Source: Eubacteriales bacterium
GTDB taxonomy: Bacteria; Bacillota; Clostridia; Oscillospirales; CAG-272
NCBI GenBank assembly: GCA_045580755.1
Contig: JAZNOI010000042.1
Location: 2,758 to 66,757 of the forward strand
Direction: 5' to 3'
DNA: 64,000 nucleotides
The translations under genes and the position numbers were made by a program. Of this stretch, positions 45,417-55,326 are shown piece by piece (within the stretch, counting starts at the first letter, position 1; each line of letters begins with the position of its first letter). Below the pieces are notes generated by a model. It was not told where the DNA came from. It worked only from the letters and a program-made list of their open reading frames with translations, and did not search any database.

Positions 45417-46174
45417 TCCAAGATCTCCACTCGCATTCATACTATTCTCTTTGCGGAAAAGACAACCCAGAAGCAATAATCAAGGCGGCAATTGCCGGCG
45501 GTATAGAAGTATTCGGGATCACCGACCACAACAACGGCATAGGATTCGGAAACAAAGAGGCGAGAGCTGCATCTCCCGACGTAGTTTCAAACACCTATAA
45601 TCCTTATGCTCTCAGAAAGTATTTCGACCATTTGACTTTACTCAAAGAGAAATATGCCGGAAAGATAAAGCTGTTGCGCGGCATCGAACTTGCGACAAAC
45701 TTACTCAATCCCTTAAAGATCGTTTTGCCCGACAACGAGGATATATCTTATTTCGACTACTGTCTTATAGAGCATTTGAGCTATGAAGGCTCTGTAACCA
45801 AGGGTGATCTTTTTAAATATGCCGAAAGGTGCGGCTGCAAATACGTCGGCGTAGCCCACACGAACCTTTTTGCATTTATAAAAAGCATAGGAGAAGATCC
45901 TTTAAAATATTTCAAAAAAATGGCTGAACGAAACATTTTTTGGGAAATGAACGTCAGCTACGACAGCACACACCACTATCGAGAGCATTCTTATATGCTT
46001 GACTTTTTCAACAGCAAGGAACAGCAGGACATTATCAGAGAATCGGGCGTTTGTCTCAGCATCGGTTTTGACGGACACATGGTTGAAGATTACCTCCCCG
46101 AACGCATAAAAGAATACTGCAAAAAAGCCGAAGATCTGGGGCTGAAGCTCGTTTTCGACGGCGATACCTTATGA
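45413..46174 (+). CDS. PHP-family phosphoesterase (histidinol-phosphatase-like)
   Basis: DLHSHSYYS and GITDHN. 4-nt overlap with the methyltransferase gene. Confidence 0.72.
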   Translation: MIQDLHSHSYYSLCGKDNPEAIIKAAIAGGIEVFGITDHNNGIGFGNKEARAASPDVVSNTYNPYALRKYFDHLTLLKEKYAGKIKLLRGIELATNLLNPLKIVLPDNEDISYFDYCLIEHLSYEGSVTKGDLFKYAERCGCKYVGVAHTNLFAFIKSIGEDPLKYFKKMAERNIFWEMNVSYDSTHHYREHSYMLDFFNSKEQQDIIRESGVCLSIGFDGHMVEDYLPERIKEYCKKAEDLGLKLVFDGDTL

Positions 46175-46227
46175 CCCCTCTTTTGCAGAACAAAAAAACA
46201 AATAATACGTAGAAAAAGGTGAAGATT

Positions 46228-47247
46228 ATGTGTATGAATTTTAAAACACACAAAAAACTGAAAATTCTCGGAATAATCCTGGGAGCGATAATACTGTTCT
46301 GGATCATAATCAATGTTATTCCTCCGAAGAAAAACGTTGAAGACAACCCGTTTATTGTTGAAAAGAACGATCTCCCTATGATCGCAGCCCACAGGGGCGG
46401 CAGCATAAACAATCCCGAAAACACGATGCTCGCTTTCAGAGAAGCAGTTACAACTTATAACGTAGATATAATCGAAAGCGATCTCTATTTAACGAAAGAC
46501 GGCTATCTCGTTTACAACCACGATGAATATATCGACGAGACTTGTAACATCAACGGAGATATCAGTCTCGACGAAGTAAAAAAACTGTGCGAAGACGAAA
46601 ACAACAGACACTTTATCAAAGATATGACGCTTGAAGAACTCGAACAGTACAACTTCGGATATTATTTCACCGATAAAAACGGAAACAGAAAATACAAAGA
46701 CGCAGAAAACATCGAAGAGCTCGGACTCCAGATCGCAACCGCAGACAAGCTTTTCGAGGAGTTTTACGAATCGAACCCCGACCTTATGTTTATCGTTGAG
46801 ATCAAGAACGGCGGAGACATGGGATATAAGGCTTGCAAGATCTTGAATGATACTTTAAACAAATATCCGAAATATCTGAAACAGACAGTCGTCGGTACGT
46901 TCCACGATGAGATCGAAACCGAACTCAAAGAAAAATACCCGAATATTATGCGAGGAGCTCCGACGGGAACTGCCGCAACGTTTATCGTTACTACCCTGCT
47001 CGGCGTTAATATATTTGACACAAGCGACTTTGCTTGCCTGCAGATACCGATGAGCTATGATGTAGGCATAACTCTCAACCTCGACACAAAGTCGATCATT
47101 GACAGAGCACACAGAAGAAACGTTGCAGTCCAGTATTGGACGATAAACGAGGCTGACGATATGAGAAAGCTCATTGACCTCGGATGCGACTGTATCATGA
47201 CCGACGACGTCGAGCTTCTCAGATCAGTATTGGAAGAATACAAATAA
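46228..47247 (+). CDS. Membrane-anchored glycerophosphodiester phosphodiesterase
   Basis: IAAHRGGSINNPENTMLAFREA and IESDLYLTKDGYLVYNHD. N-terminal TM segment. The exact start (46219, 46228 or 46234) is uncertain. Confidence 0.85.
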   Translation: MCMNFKTHKKLKILGIILGAIILFWIIINVIPPKKNVEDNPFIVEKNDLPMIAAHRGGSINNPENTMLAFREAVTTYNVDIIESDLYLTKDGYLVYNHDEYIDETCNINGDISLDEVKKLCEDENNRHFIKDMTLEELEQYNFGYYFTDKNGNRKYKDAENIEELGLQIATADKLFEEFYESNPDLMFIVEIKNGGDMGYKACKILNDTLNKYPKYLKQTVVGTFHDEIETELKEKYPNIMRGAPTGTAATFIVTTLLGVNIFDTSDFACLQIPMSYDVGITLNLDTKSIIDRAHRRNVAVQYWTINEADDMRKLIDLGCDCIMTDDVELLRSVLEEYK

Positions 47248-47286
47248 TGGTTTCAGCCGACATCGGCTGTATAGAGGAACAGAATA

Positions 47287-48312
47287 ATGACAAACCCTTC
47301 AAGCAATCTTGATAACAAAATAAACACGACGGCAAAGAAGACCTTTTCGACAGTAGGCTTTGCTTTCTGTGCAATAACTCTCGGCGCTCTCGGTGCTCAG
47401 TTTATTGCAATACTCATATCAAATCTTATCGCAGGTGAAAAAAACTGGCTTACAACGTCATATATGGGAAATCTTTTATTATCATTTGTTCCCATTTATC
47501 TCGTTGCCTACCCTCTGGGACTTCTTATACTCAAAAGAATCCCCTCGGTAAAACCCAACAACCATAAGCTGAAAGCAACTGACATAATAATCTACCTTGC
47601 AATCTCTTTTGCACTTATGTATTTCGGAAATTACGTAGGTCAGTTTCTTTCCGCACTTCTTTCGAACAATACGGCTGAAAACGCATTGAACGAGCTCGTT
47701 TTTGAAATGAACCCTATTATGATAATAGTGTCAGTCGTTTTAGCCCCTATTGCCGAAGAATATATTTTCAGAAAACAGCTGATCGACAAGATCCACGTTT
47801 TCGGCGAAAAGCGCGCCGTTCTTCTTTCGGGCTTGATATTCGGACTTATTCACACAAATATGTTCCAGTTTTTCTACGCATTTCTACTGGGAACGCTTTT
47901 TGCTTACATCTATATTCGCACGGGACGCATCAAGTATACGATGATCTTGCACTCAATCGTGAACTTTATGGGCTCGGTCGTTGCACCGTTCATACTGTCC
48001 CTGCTTGACGTTGAAAAAATGGAAACTTTGGCAAATATGGACCCCGCAACCGTACAGACCGAGGAGTTTATGAAACTTTATTCGTCTGTTCTTCCGGGAA
48101 TGACTCTCTCTCTGGTTTATTCGGCAATAATGCTCAGTCTTTCGATCTGGGGCTCCATTATGCTTTTCAGAAGAATGAAGAGGACCGTTTGGCTCCGTTC
48201 CGTTCTTGAACTCCCCGAAGAATCGGCGGCATCTACCGTTTATATGAACTACGGGATCGTTGCATATATAGCAATATCCGCAACTCTCACCATAGTTTCA
48301 CTGTTTTTATAA
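47287..48312 (+). CDS. CPBP-family intramembrane glutamic endopeptidase (CAAX protease-like)
   Basis: Motifs APIAEEYIFRKQL, GLIFGLIH and HSIVNF in a polytopic protein. Confidence 0.8.
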   Translation: MTNPSSNLDNKINTTAKKTFSTVGFAFCAITLGALGAQFIAILISNLIAGEKNWLTTSYMGNLLLSFVPIYLVAYPLGLLILKRIPSVKPNNHKLKATDIIIYLAISFALMYFGNYVGQFLSALLSNNTAENALNELVFEMNPIMIIVSVVLAPIAEEYIFRKQLIDKIHVFGEKRAVLLSGLIFGLIHTNMFQFFYAFLLGTLFAYIYIRTGRIKYTMILHSIVNFMGSVVAPFILSLLDVEKMETLANMDPATVQTEEFMKLYSSVLPGMTLSLVYSAIMLSLSIWGSIMLFRRMKRTVWLRSVLELPEESAASTVYMNYGIVAYIAISATLTIVSLFL

Positions 48313-48337
48313 AAAACTATGAAAGGACTGACCGACA

Positions 48338-49099
48338 ATGGTTTTAAGGTTTACCCTCGTGGCAATAGGAACTATCCTTGCGGTACTGTTCCTTATCCCC
48401 ATATTCATTCTGGGAATCTTCAACGCCGGTAACTGCATAGGCCTCTGCATTTCTGCAGTTCTTATTATTTACGGTACTTTTACTGATCAGTGCAACAAGT
48501 TTATCTTATATCTCACAAAAAGCCTTTGGGGTAAATCTCTTCTAATACTGACGTCTTTGATAGTTGTTTTTTGTTTTTTGTTCGCCTGTGTGGTAACCTT
48601 TATGATAGTTTCGCACGCGAACAGGCCTTGCAATGAAGAAACTACGGTCGTCGTACTCGGTTGCCGCGTCAGAAAAACGGGTGCCAGTATGATGCTCAGA
48701 ACGCGTCTCGATGCCGCTTACGAGTATCTTATAGCCAACCCGAACGCAAAATGCGTGCTATCCGGAGGTCAAGGAAAAGACGAACCCGTTGCAGAAAGCG
48801 TTTATATGTATGAATGGCTGGTCGAAAAAGGTATAGACGGATCAAGGCTTTACGTCGAGGATAAGTCGACGTCCACCGAAGAAAACCTTGCTTTCTCTAA
48901 AAAAGTAATCGAGGAAAACGGATTGCCGGAAAAGATCACCATTATAACGAACGATTTTCACCAGTACAGAGCTTACAGATTTGCCAAAGAAGCGGGCATT
49001 GAAAGTTACAGCTATTCGGCAAATACACCTCTTTCGGTTTTACCGACATACTACGTCAGAGAAATACTCGGCGTCGCCCACATGATATTTATAGACTGA
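48338..49099 (+). CDS. YdcF/SanA/ElyC-family (DUF218) membrane protein
   Basis: N-terminal TM segments, then VVVLGCRV...LSGGQG...STSTEENL...ITNDFHQYRA. Confidence 0.8.
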   Translation: MVLRFTLVAIGTILAVLFLIPIFILGIFNAGNCIGLCISAVLIIYGTFTDQCNKFILYLTKSLWGKSLLILTSLIVVFCFLFACVVTFMIVSHANRPCNEETTVVVLGCRVRKTGASMMLRTRLDAAYEYLIANPNAKCVLSGGQGKDEPVAESVYMYEWLVEKGIDGSRLYVEDKSTSTEENLAFSKKVIEENGLPEKITIITNDFHQYRAYRFAKEAGIESYSYSANTPLSVLPTYYVREILGVAHMIFID

Positions 49100-49146
49100 C
49101 AATTCCTTCTTTCACTTAAACAATAACTGATTTTGGAAATATTTAT

Positions 49147-49674
49147 ATGAATTTTTTAGATCTGACTCCACAAAACACTGAAGCTTTTGAAAAAGTTTTT
49201 GGAATAATGCAAGAGGCTTTTCCGCCGGCAGAATACAGACCAAAACAAAAACAATTCGAACTGCTCAAAGATAACAATTACCGACTTACCGCTTCATACG
49301 GTGAAAACGGCATCACAGCATTTATCGGCGGTTGGTATCTCAACGGTTTTATGTTCGTAGAGCATTTTGCGGTCTCCTCAAGATTCCGAAACCGCGGAAT
49401 CGGTTCTGCATTTTTAAAAGAGTATATTTCTACCCTTTCGCTCCCCGTCGTTCTTGAGGTTGAGAACCTGACGGACGATATTTCTTTACGCAGAATAGAG
49501 TTTTATAAAAGACTTGGTTTTATTCTCACGGACATCTGCTACGATCAGCCAAATTTTCAAAATCATTCAACGACGATACCTCTGCGTATAATGTATCACC
49601 CAAACGGAAAAACGCTTGACGTATCATCCGTTAAAGACGAGATCTTCAAAAAGATATATAAAAAACAAAACTGA
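49147..49674 (+). CDS. GNAT-family N-acetyltransferase
   Basis: Acetyl-CoA motif FAVSSRFRNRGIGSAFL. Confidence 0.75.
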   Translation: MNFLDLTPQNTEAFEKVFGIMQEAFPPAEYRPKQKQFELLKDNNYRLTASYGENGITAFIGGWYLNGFMFVEHFAVSSRFRNRGIGSAFLKEYISTLSLPVVLEVENLTDDISLRRIEFYKRLGFILTDICYDQPNFQNHSTTIPLRIMYHPNGKTLDVSSVKDEIFKKIYKKQN

Positions 49675-49691
49675 GAAAGGCTTATGTATTT

Positions 49692-50429
49692 ATGAACAAA
49701 AAAACTGCCGTCATAACGGGTGCATCACGCGGCATAGGCCGACAGATCGCAAAAACTTTTGCGGAAAACGATTACAACGTGGTTATAAACTACAACAAAA
49801 GCGAAAAAGAAGCCGAAGAACTAAAAGCCTTGCTCGAAAACAAGGGTTTGACTTGCGAACTTTTTAAAGCGGACGTCAGGATCTATTCAGAGGCAAAGTC
49901 CCTTATAAACTTTGCCGTTGAAAAGTTCGGCTCTATAGACACTCTGATAAACAACGCGGGAATAAGCCAGATCAAGCTTTTTACCGACATTTCCCCTGAA
50001 GAGTGGGATGATATGATACAGTCGAATCTTACTTCGGTCTTCAACTGTTCACAGACTGCGGCAAGGTATATGATAAATCAAAAGTCGGGAAACATTATTA
50101 ACGTTTCTTCGATGTGGGGAATAGCGGGTGCATCGTGCGAGGTGCATTATTCCTCGGCGAAATCGGGCGTGATCGGCTTCACGAAAGCCCTTGCAAAAGA
50201 GCTCGGACTTTCGGGGATAAGAGTAAACTGCATCGCCCCCGGAGTTGTAATGACCGACATGATGAAAGGTTTTTCAAAAGACGACCTTGATCTGATAAAA
50301 GAGGATATTCCGCTCAACGCATTCGGCACCCCTGAAGATATTGCCGAGCTCGCCCTCTTTATCGCCTCGGATAAGGCAAAGAACATAACGGGACAAATAA
50401 TCAGCTCGAACGGCGGGCAGATTATTTAA
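49692..50429 (+). CDS. Short-chain dehydrogenase/reductase, FabG-like
   Basis: TGASRGIG, NNAG, and YSSAKSG (YxxxK). Confidence 0.88.
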   Translation: MNKKTAVITGASRGIGRQIAKTFAENDYNVVINYNKSEKEAEELKALLENKGLTCELFKADVRIYSEAKSLINFAVEKFGSIDTLINNAGISQIKLFTDISPEEWDDMIQSNLTSVFNCSQTAARYMINQKSGNIINVSSMWGIAGASCEVHYSSAKSGVIGFTKALAKELGLSGIRVNCIAPGVVMTDMMKGFSKDDLDLIKEDIPLNAFGTPEDIAELALFIASDKAKNITGQIISSNGGQII

Positions 50430-50469
50430 ACCGTACAAAAAAGCAATTATAAGGACTTTTACTTACAAA

Positions 50470-50940
50470 ATGGAAAAAACTAACGTTATGCGCATATTGG
50501 CGCAAAAAAAGATCGATTACAAAGCATACGAATACGATCCCGACGAGACCGTCGGAGAAAACGTAGCCTCGCTTATCGGCAGACCGTGCGAGTCCACGTT
50601 CAAAACGCTTGTAACAGTTTCCAATACAAAAAACTACTTTGTGTTCGTAGTGCCCGTCGACAGCTCGCTCAACTTAAAAAAAGCGGCAAAGGCAGTTGGC
50701 GTAAAATCTATCGAAATGATCAAGCAAAAAGAGCTTTTACCTCTGACCGGCTACGTTCACGGCGGCTGTTCGCCCATCGGAATGAAAAAAGCTTTTCGCA
50801 CAGTGATCCACGAAACAGCATTAAGCTTCGATAAAATCGCATTCAGCGCGGGAAAAAGAGGTTGTCAGGTCGAACTCGCCCCCAAAGATCTTATTGATCT
50901 TATTCGCGCCGAAACGGCTGACATCGCAGTGCTTGATTGA
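50470..50940 (+). CDS. ybaK: Cys-tRNA(Pro)/Cys-tRNA(Cys) deacylase YbaK
   Basis: 156 aa. TNVMRILAQKKIDY N-terminus and GGCSPIG motif. Confidence 0.85.
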   Translation: MEKTNVMRILAQKKIDYKAYEYDPDETVGENVASLIGRPCESTFKTLVTVSNTKNYFVFVVPVDSSLNLKKAAKAVGVKSIEMIKQKELLPLTGYVHGGCSPIGMKKAFRTVIHETALSFDKIAFSAGKRGCQVELAPKDLIDLIRAETADIAVLD

Positions 50941-50999
50941 TTTTTTAAACAGAAAAAGACTCATCAAATATATTAACATAACCGGGAGGATTCATTTTT

Positions 51000-52217
51000 A
51001 TGGAATCATTGAGAGAGCTTTACCGAATAGGAAAAGGACCGTCAAGCTCACATACAATGGGCCCCAACAATGCCGCAAAATTATTCAAGAAAAAGAATAT
51101 GGATGCCGACCTCTTCAGCGTTACTCTTATGGGATCTCTTGCAAAAACAGGCAAAGGGCATTTGACCGACGAAGCAATTATTGACGCATTATCACCCACG
51201 CCCTGCGAGATAGTCTGGGACAAAACCTCCCCCACTCCCGTCCATCCGAATACAATGGAATTCAGAGCTTACAAAAACGGAGTGCTCGTTGATTTCAACA
51301 GAATATTCAGTGTCGGCGGCGGAAAGATCAACATTGAAGGTATGGAAGAAGCTGCTCCCCCGTCGGTTTATCCTCACAAAAACTTTGAAGAAATAAAAAA
51401 ATACTGCACCGAAAAAAGAATCCCGCTTTACAAATACGTTGAAGAGTTTGAAGGACGCGAGATCTGGAGCTTTTTAAACGAAGTGTGGAACACCATGCGT
51501 ATGTGCATATCGACAGGTCTTGACGCCGAAGGTGTTCTGGGCGGCGGTCTCGACGTTCAGAGAAAGGCTAAATTACTCTATAACCAAAAACACATGGACG
51601 AAAGCCCGGAAACACGAGAAAACCGCATCGTTTGCGCCTGTGCATTTGCCGCAAGCGAAGAGAACGCGGCAGGCGGAACGATAGTTACCGCCCCCACCTG
51701 CGGTTCATGCGGAATAGTTCCGTCCGTACTATTGTATATGCAGGAAAAGAAAGCTTTTTCGGACTCCGATATTTTAAAGGCTCTCGCTACCGGCGGTATC
51801 ATCGGAAACGTGATTAAAACCAACGCCTCGATAAGCGGCGCTGAATGCGGTTGCCAAGCCGAAGTCGGCTCTGCCTGTTCTATGGCTTCCGCAGCTCTTG
51901 CACAGCTTCACGGAATGGACCTCGACCAAATAAAATATGCGGCAGAGGTTGCCCTTGAGCACCACCTCGGTCTTACATGCGATCCCATTTGCGGTCTCGT
52001 ACAGATCCCCTGCATTGAGAGAAACGCCGTTGCAGCAATGCGCGCGATAAACGCCCTTTCTCTTGCCAACTTTCTTACGCACACGAGAAAAATATCGTTC
52101 GACTACGTCGTTGAAACGATGTATAAAACGGGAAAAGACCTGCACAGCAAATACAGAGAGACTTCCGAAGGCGGTCTTGCCACCCAATACGCAAGGCCCG
52201 AGAGGGATAGTATATGA
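51000..52217 (+). CDS. sdaA: Iron-sulfur-dependent L-serine ammonia-lyase (single chain)
   Basis: IGKGPSSSHTMGP N-terminus. Cys ligand contexts PTCGSCG and CDPICGLVQIPCIERNA. Confidence 0.9.
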   Translation: MESLRELYRIGKGPSSSHTMGPNNAAKLFKKKNMDADLFSVTLMGSLAKTGKGHLTDEAIIDALSPTPCEIVWDKTSPTPVHPNTMEFRAYKNGVLVDFNRIFSVGGGKINIEGMEEAAPPSVYPHKNFEEIKKYCTEKRIPLYKYVEEFEGREIWSFLNEVWNTMRMCISTGLDAEGVLGGGLDVQRKAKLLYNQKHMDESPETRENRIVCACAFAASEENAAGGTIVTAPTCGSCGIVPSVLLYMQEKKAFSDSDILKALATGGIIGNVIKTNASISGAECGCQAEVGSACSMASAALAQLHGMDLDQIKYAAEVALEHHLGLTCDPICGLVQIPCIERNAVAAMRAINALSLANFLTHTRKISFDYVVETMYKTGKDLHSKYRETSEGGLATQYARPERDSI

Positions 52218-52405
52218 ACGAAAAGAAAATACAGGCTTCTTGCGATCTTTGTGTTTACTATATGTACGACGAAGAGGACGAGTGCTACGAATGCGTTAAG
52301 AATCTTGACGAAGACGAAATGCTCCGTTTTCTGACCGGAAACTACAACAACTGCCCCTACTTTCAGTTAAACGACGAGTACGGCAGAGCAAGAAAACAAA
52401 TATAA
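52214..52405 (+). CDS. Small acidic Cys-rich (CxxC...CxxC) protein
   Basis: 63 aa. CDLC-x11-CYEC zinc-ribbon-like spacing. 4-nt overlap with sdaA. Confidence 0.5.
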   Translation: MNEKKIQASCDLCVYYMYDEEDECYECVKNLDEDEMLRFLTGNYNNCPYFQLNDEYGRARKQI

Positions 52406-52449
52406 ATTATAAACAGTATAAAAAAGAACATATCAGGCGGTGAATACTT

Positions 52450-53130
52450 TTGAAAATAATAGACGTAACGGGACAAATAAGGGATGATATGTGGAATTAC
52501 GAATTCCCTTTTCCAAAATACAAGATAAAGCCCCTTCCCCAACCTGAGTGGGTAGAATCAAGGGTTTATTGCGAAATATTTGAAGGACTGCATTCGCAAA
52601 CGGGTACATACCTCGAAACTCCGGCACACTTTTTCGGTCCCGAAAAAAGCTACAATCTCGAGGCTGTTCCGATGGATAAGCTGGTAAACGTGAGATGCTC
52701 TCACTTAAAAATGGACAGAAAGTTATTCGAAACGGGAAAAAGAGAAAAAATAACCGTTGAAATGCTCGAAAAAGCCGCAGAAGGCGTTGATATCAAAGAA
52801 GGCGATGCCTTGATCTTCTCGTGCGGCTGGGGCATATATTGGTCGGACAAAAAATACCTTGAACAGTCCCCCTATCTATCCTATGAGGCTATGGAATGGC
52901 TGGTTTCAAAGAAGCCGTTTATTCTGGGAGCAGACGTTCCGCGCTGGGAAAACCTTGAGAAACCCGAGGGCTTTTTTGAAATGTTTTATCAAGCAAACAT
53001 TCTCTTGCTCGGTCCCCTTGTTAATCTCGAAAACGTAGATACCAAAAACATATCCCTCACAGCTTTGCCGATAAACGTTGTCGGAACAAGCTGTGCGCCA
53101 TGCAGAGCAATTATCACCGATAACAATTGA
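52450..53130 (+). CDS. Putative cyclase-family (kynurenine formamidase-like) protein with a divergent metal motif
   Basis: 226 aa. HSQTGTYLETPAHF where the family has HxGTHxDxPxH. TTG start. Confidence 0.6.
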   Translation: MKIIDVTGQIRDDMWNYEFPFPKYKIKPLPQPEWVESRVYCEIFEGLHSQTGTYLETPAHFFGPEKSYNLEAVPMDKLVNVRCSHLKMDRKLFETGKREKITVEMLEKAAEGVDIKEGDALIFSCGWGIYWSDKKYLEQSPYLSYEAMEWLVSKKPFILGADVPRWENLEKPEGFFEMFYQANILLLGPLVNLENVDTKNISLTALPINVVGTSCAPCRAIITDNN

Positions 53131-53158
53131 TACTTTAAAATAATAAGGAGTTTACATA

Positions 53159-54019
53159 ATGATCACGAAAGAAGATATTGTATTCAGCCTTGAATGTATG
53201 GGAATCCAAAAAGGCGACGTATTACTTTTGCACAGTGCTTTGACCTCGATCGGAAAAGTCGATGGAGGTGCTGATACGGTTATAGACGCATTTCTTGAAG
53301 CTATCGGAGAAGACGGCACCCTCGTAATGTCGACGCTGACCGGTTGGTTTGCCCCGTTTGATGCGAAGACTTCCCCCTCTGCCGTCGGGTATCTCAGCGA
53401 AGTATTCAGAAAGCGTCCCGGCGTACTCCGCTCACTCCACCCCGTCCACTCGGTTGCAGCTTACGGAAAGAATGCCGAATATATAACCAAGGATCACGAC
53501 AAGTGCGAAACGGGTTGCGGAGAAGGAACACCTTATCTTAAGATCGCCGAGCTTAACGGAAAGGCAATTCTGCTCGGAGTCGATATGGACAGAAATACGA
53601 CTATGCACTCTATGGAAGAAGCTATCGATGCAAAATATCTGCTCACGCTCGACATTTGCGCGCCCACTTATATTGACGACTATAAAAACAAAAAATTCAC
53701 CCTCAAGAAATTTCCTCCCGGACACCGCGATTTCCTTTCTATGACACCGCTGCTCAGAAAAAACGAGCTTATGACAGAGGGCAAGATAGGCAGTGCATTG
53801 GTTAAGGTCATCGACGTAAAACCCATGTTCGAGCTTGGAAAAAGACTTATGGAAGAAAACCCGCTTCTGTTTATCTGTGAGAATGAAAACTGCAACTCTT
53901 GCCATTGGTCAAGATTGCTTTACACAGATGAAAAGATCGATTACACCAGGTATAAGAAAATACAGTGCCACGACGAGCACTGCGAAGTATGTGTAGTGGA
54001 GGAACCGAAAAATGTATAA
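53159..54019 (+). CDS. AAC(3)-family (Antibiotic_NAT) acetyltransferase with a Cys-rich C-terminal extension
   Basis: LLLHSALTSIGKVDGGADTVIDAFLEAIGEDGTLVMSTLT. Tail CENENCNSC...CHDEHCEVC. Confidence 0.72.
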   Translation: MITKEDIVFSLECMGIQKGDVLLLHSALTSIGKVDGGADTVIDAFLEAIGEDGTLVMSTLTGWFAPFDAKTSPSAVGYLSEVFRKRPGVLRSLHPVHSVAAYGKNAEYITKDHDKCETGCGEGTPYLKIAELNGKAILLGVDMDRNTTMHSMEEAIDAKYLLTLDICAPTYIDDYKNKKFTLKKFPPGHRDFLSMTPLLRKNELMTEGKIGSALVKVIDVKPMFELGKRLMEENPLLFICENENCNSCHWSRLLYTDEKIDYTRYKKIQCHDEHCEVCVVEEPKNV

Positions 54020-54743
54020 TTTCAGCGTTGAGATCTCGGACCTTTTGGCAAAGTCCTTTGAAGACAAATTAAAGATCTCCACCGAGCTCGGCATCAATAA
54101 TATTGAAACGACCGATTCTTTTGACGGCGTAAAGCTTTACGAGATGACGGGAGAACAGCTCGAAAGAGTTCGCGACCTTCTTATAGATTACACTAAGAGG
54201 ATCGTTCTTCTTACAACGACCTTGGATACGGACGAAAAAGAAAAGCTGAATCTGCTTTTCAGACGTGCTCTCGTGCTTAACGTTAAGGGCATAAAGCTTT
54301 TACCGAAAGAAAACGGCGATCTTTCCTACGTTGCAAAGCTTTCAAAAGCTTACGGCATAAAGATTTTGTTCGAAAACGATTCAAAATCTTTTATTAACAA
54401 CGAAAACACGATGCTTTCTCTTGCTTCTCAGGCTGAAGATTCGGGACTGATCTTTAACCCCTTTGAGTTTGTTTGTATGCAAAGACATCCCTTTTTCCAC
54501 GTTTACTATTCGAGCAAGATAAAAAACAAAGTTTCTTTTCTTCGCATAACGGACGGGTTATATAACGTTCACACCCCCATCATGCTTTATCACGGCTGTG
54601 CTGAAGTAAAAGAACTGGCATCGATCATGCTTTCACGTTCGTTCGACGGATATTTCTCGTTTAGCCCCTATCTTCCCGATATGACGCTCGAACAATACAA
54701 AGAATGCATTTCAATATTCAAAAAGCAGCTGAAAAATATGTAA
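54012..54743 (+). CDS. Xylose-isomerase-like TIM-barrel protein (sugar phosphate isomerase/epimerase family)
   Basis: Weak pattern match (GINNIE, LFEND, NPFEF, LRITDG). 8-nt overlap with the upstream gene. Confidence 0.45.
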   Translation: MYNFSVEISDLLAKSFEDKLKISTELGINNIETTDSFDGVKLYEMTGEQLERVRDLLIDYTKRIVLLTTTLDTDEKEKLNLLFRRALVLNVKGIKLLPKENGDLSYVAKLSKAYGIKILFENDSKSFINNENTMLSLASQAEDSGLIFNPFEFVCMQRHPFFHVYYSSKIKNKVSFLRITDGLYNVHTPIMLYHGCAEVKELASIMLSRSFDGYFSFSPYLPDMTLEQYKECISIFKKQLKNM

Positions 54744-54765
54744 ATTATATCCCTGCATAAAAAAA

Positions 54766-54783
54766 CCGCACGTAAACGTGCGG
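54766..54783. terminator. Bidirectional terminator
   Basis: CCGCACG-TAAA-CGTGCGG flanked by an A-run and a T-run. Confidence 0.75.
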
Positions 54784-54790
54784 TTTTTTT

Positions 54791-54830
54791 GTATCAATAT
54801 ATTTTTGTATCAATATATTTTATCAATATT
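54791..54830. repeat. About 2.6 tandem copies of GTATCAATATATTTT(T)
   Basis: Read directly. Lies between the terminator and the stop of the 54823 ORF. Confidence 0.8.
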
Positions 54831-55029
54831 TACTCATATTTGCTTTATATATCGGACATGTCGAATAATCCGACGTGCAATATTCCTTTTCATGCGTAAC
54901 TTTTTGTGAGCTGTACGAAAAACGTGTAACCGTATTTTCTCCCACAATGCCCTCGCAGGTAACGCTTTTTGCCGATTCCGTAAAGAAAAACGGACACATA
55001 GCTTCAACATTTATCGTTTTGTTCGCCAT
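54823..55029 (-). CDS. Small 4-Cys protein, unknown function
   Basis: 68 aa. AAGGAG RBS 10 nt upstream. Cys at CPFF, TCEG, YCTS and TCPI. Last gene of the repressor-controlled operon. Confidence 0.45.
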   Translation of the reverse strand: MANKTINVEAMCPFFFTESAKSVTCEGIVGENTVTRFSYSSQKVTHEKEYCTSDYSTCPIYKANMSKY

Positions 55030-55071
55030 TATACTATATCTCCTTTTTTTCTGTTTTGTAGTTCACTTCAA

Positions 55072-55248
55072 TTAAAAAGTGCCGAAAGAAAACGTGCTGT
55101 CGTTATCGTCGAGCAGATTGAGTTGAGCTCTTCTGAATTCCCTTTCGCTTTCTTCCATATCATAATCGCTTTTTCTTCTGTAATAATCAATTATATCCTG
55201 CTGATAAGTGTAAAACTCATAGCTGTAACCGTCGTCAACGTGTCTCAT
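55072..55248 (-). CDS. Small acidic protein, unknown function
   Basis: 58 aa from the ATG at 55248, 8 nt after AAGGAG. The track ORF extends to 55278. Confidence 0.4.
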   Translation of the reverse strand: MRHVDDGYSYEFYTYQQDIIDYYRRKSDYDMEESEREFRRAQLNLLDDNDSTFSFGTF

Positions 55249-55326
55249 TGCTGTTACTCCTTTGCTCAACCGTTTCAAATTCCCCCGAAATATTCCGGAG
55301 GAATTCTTTTTACTGTTTAAATTATC

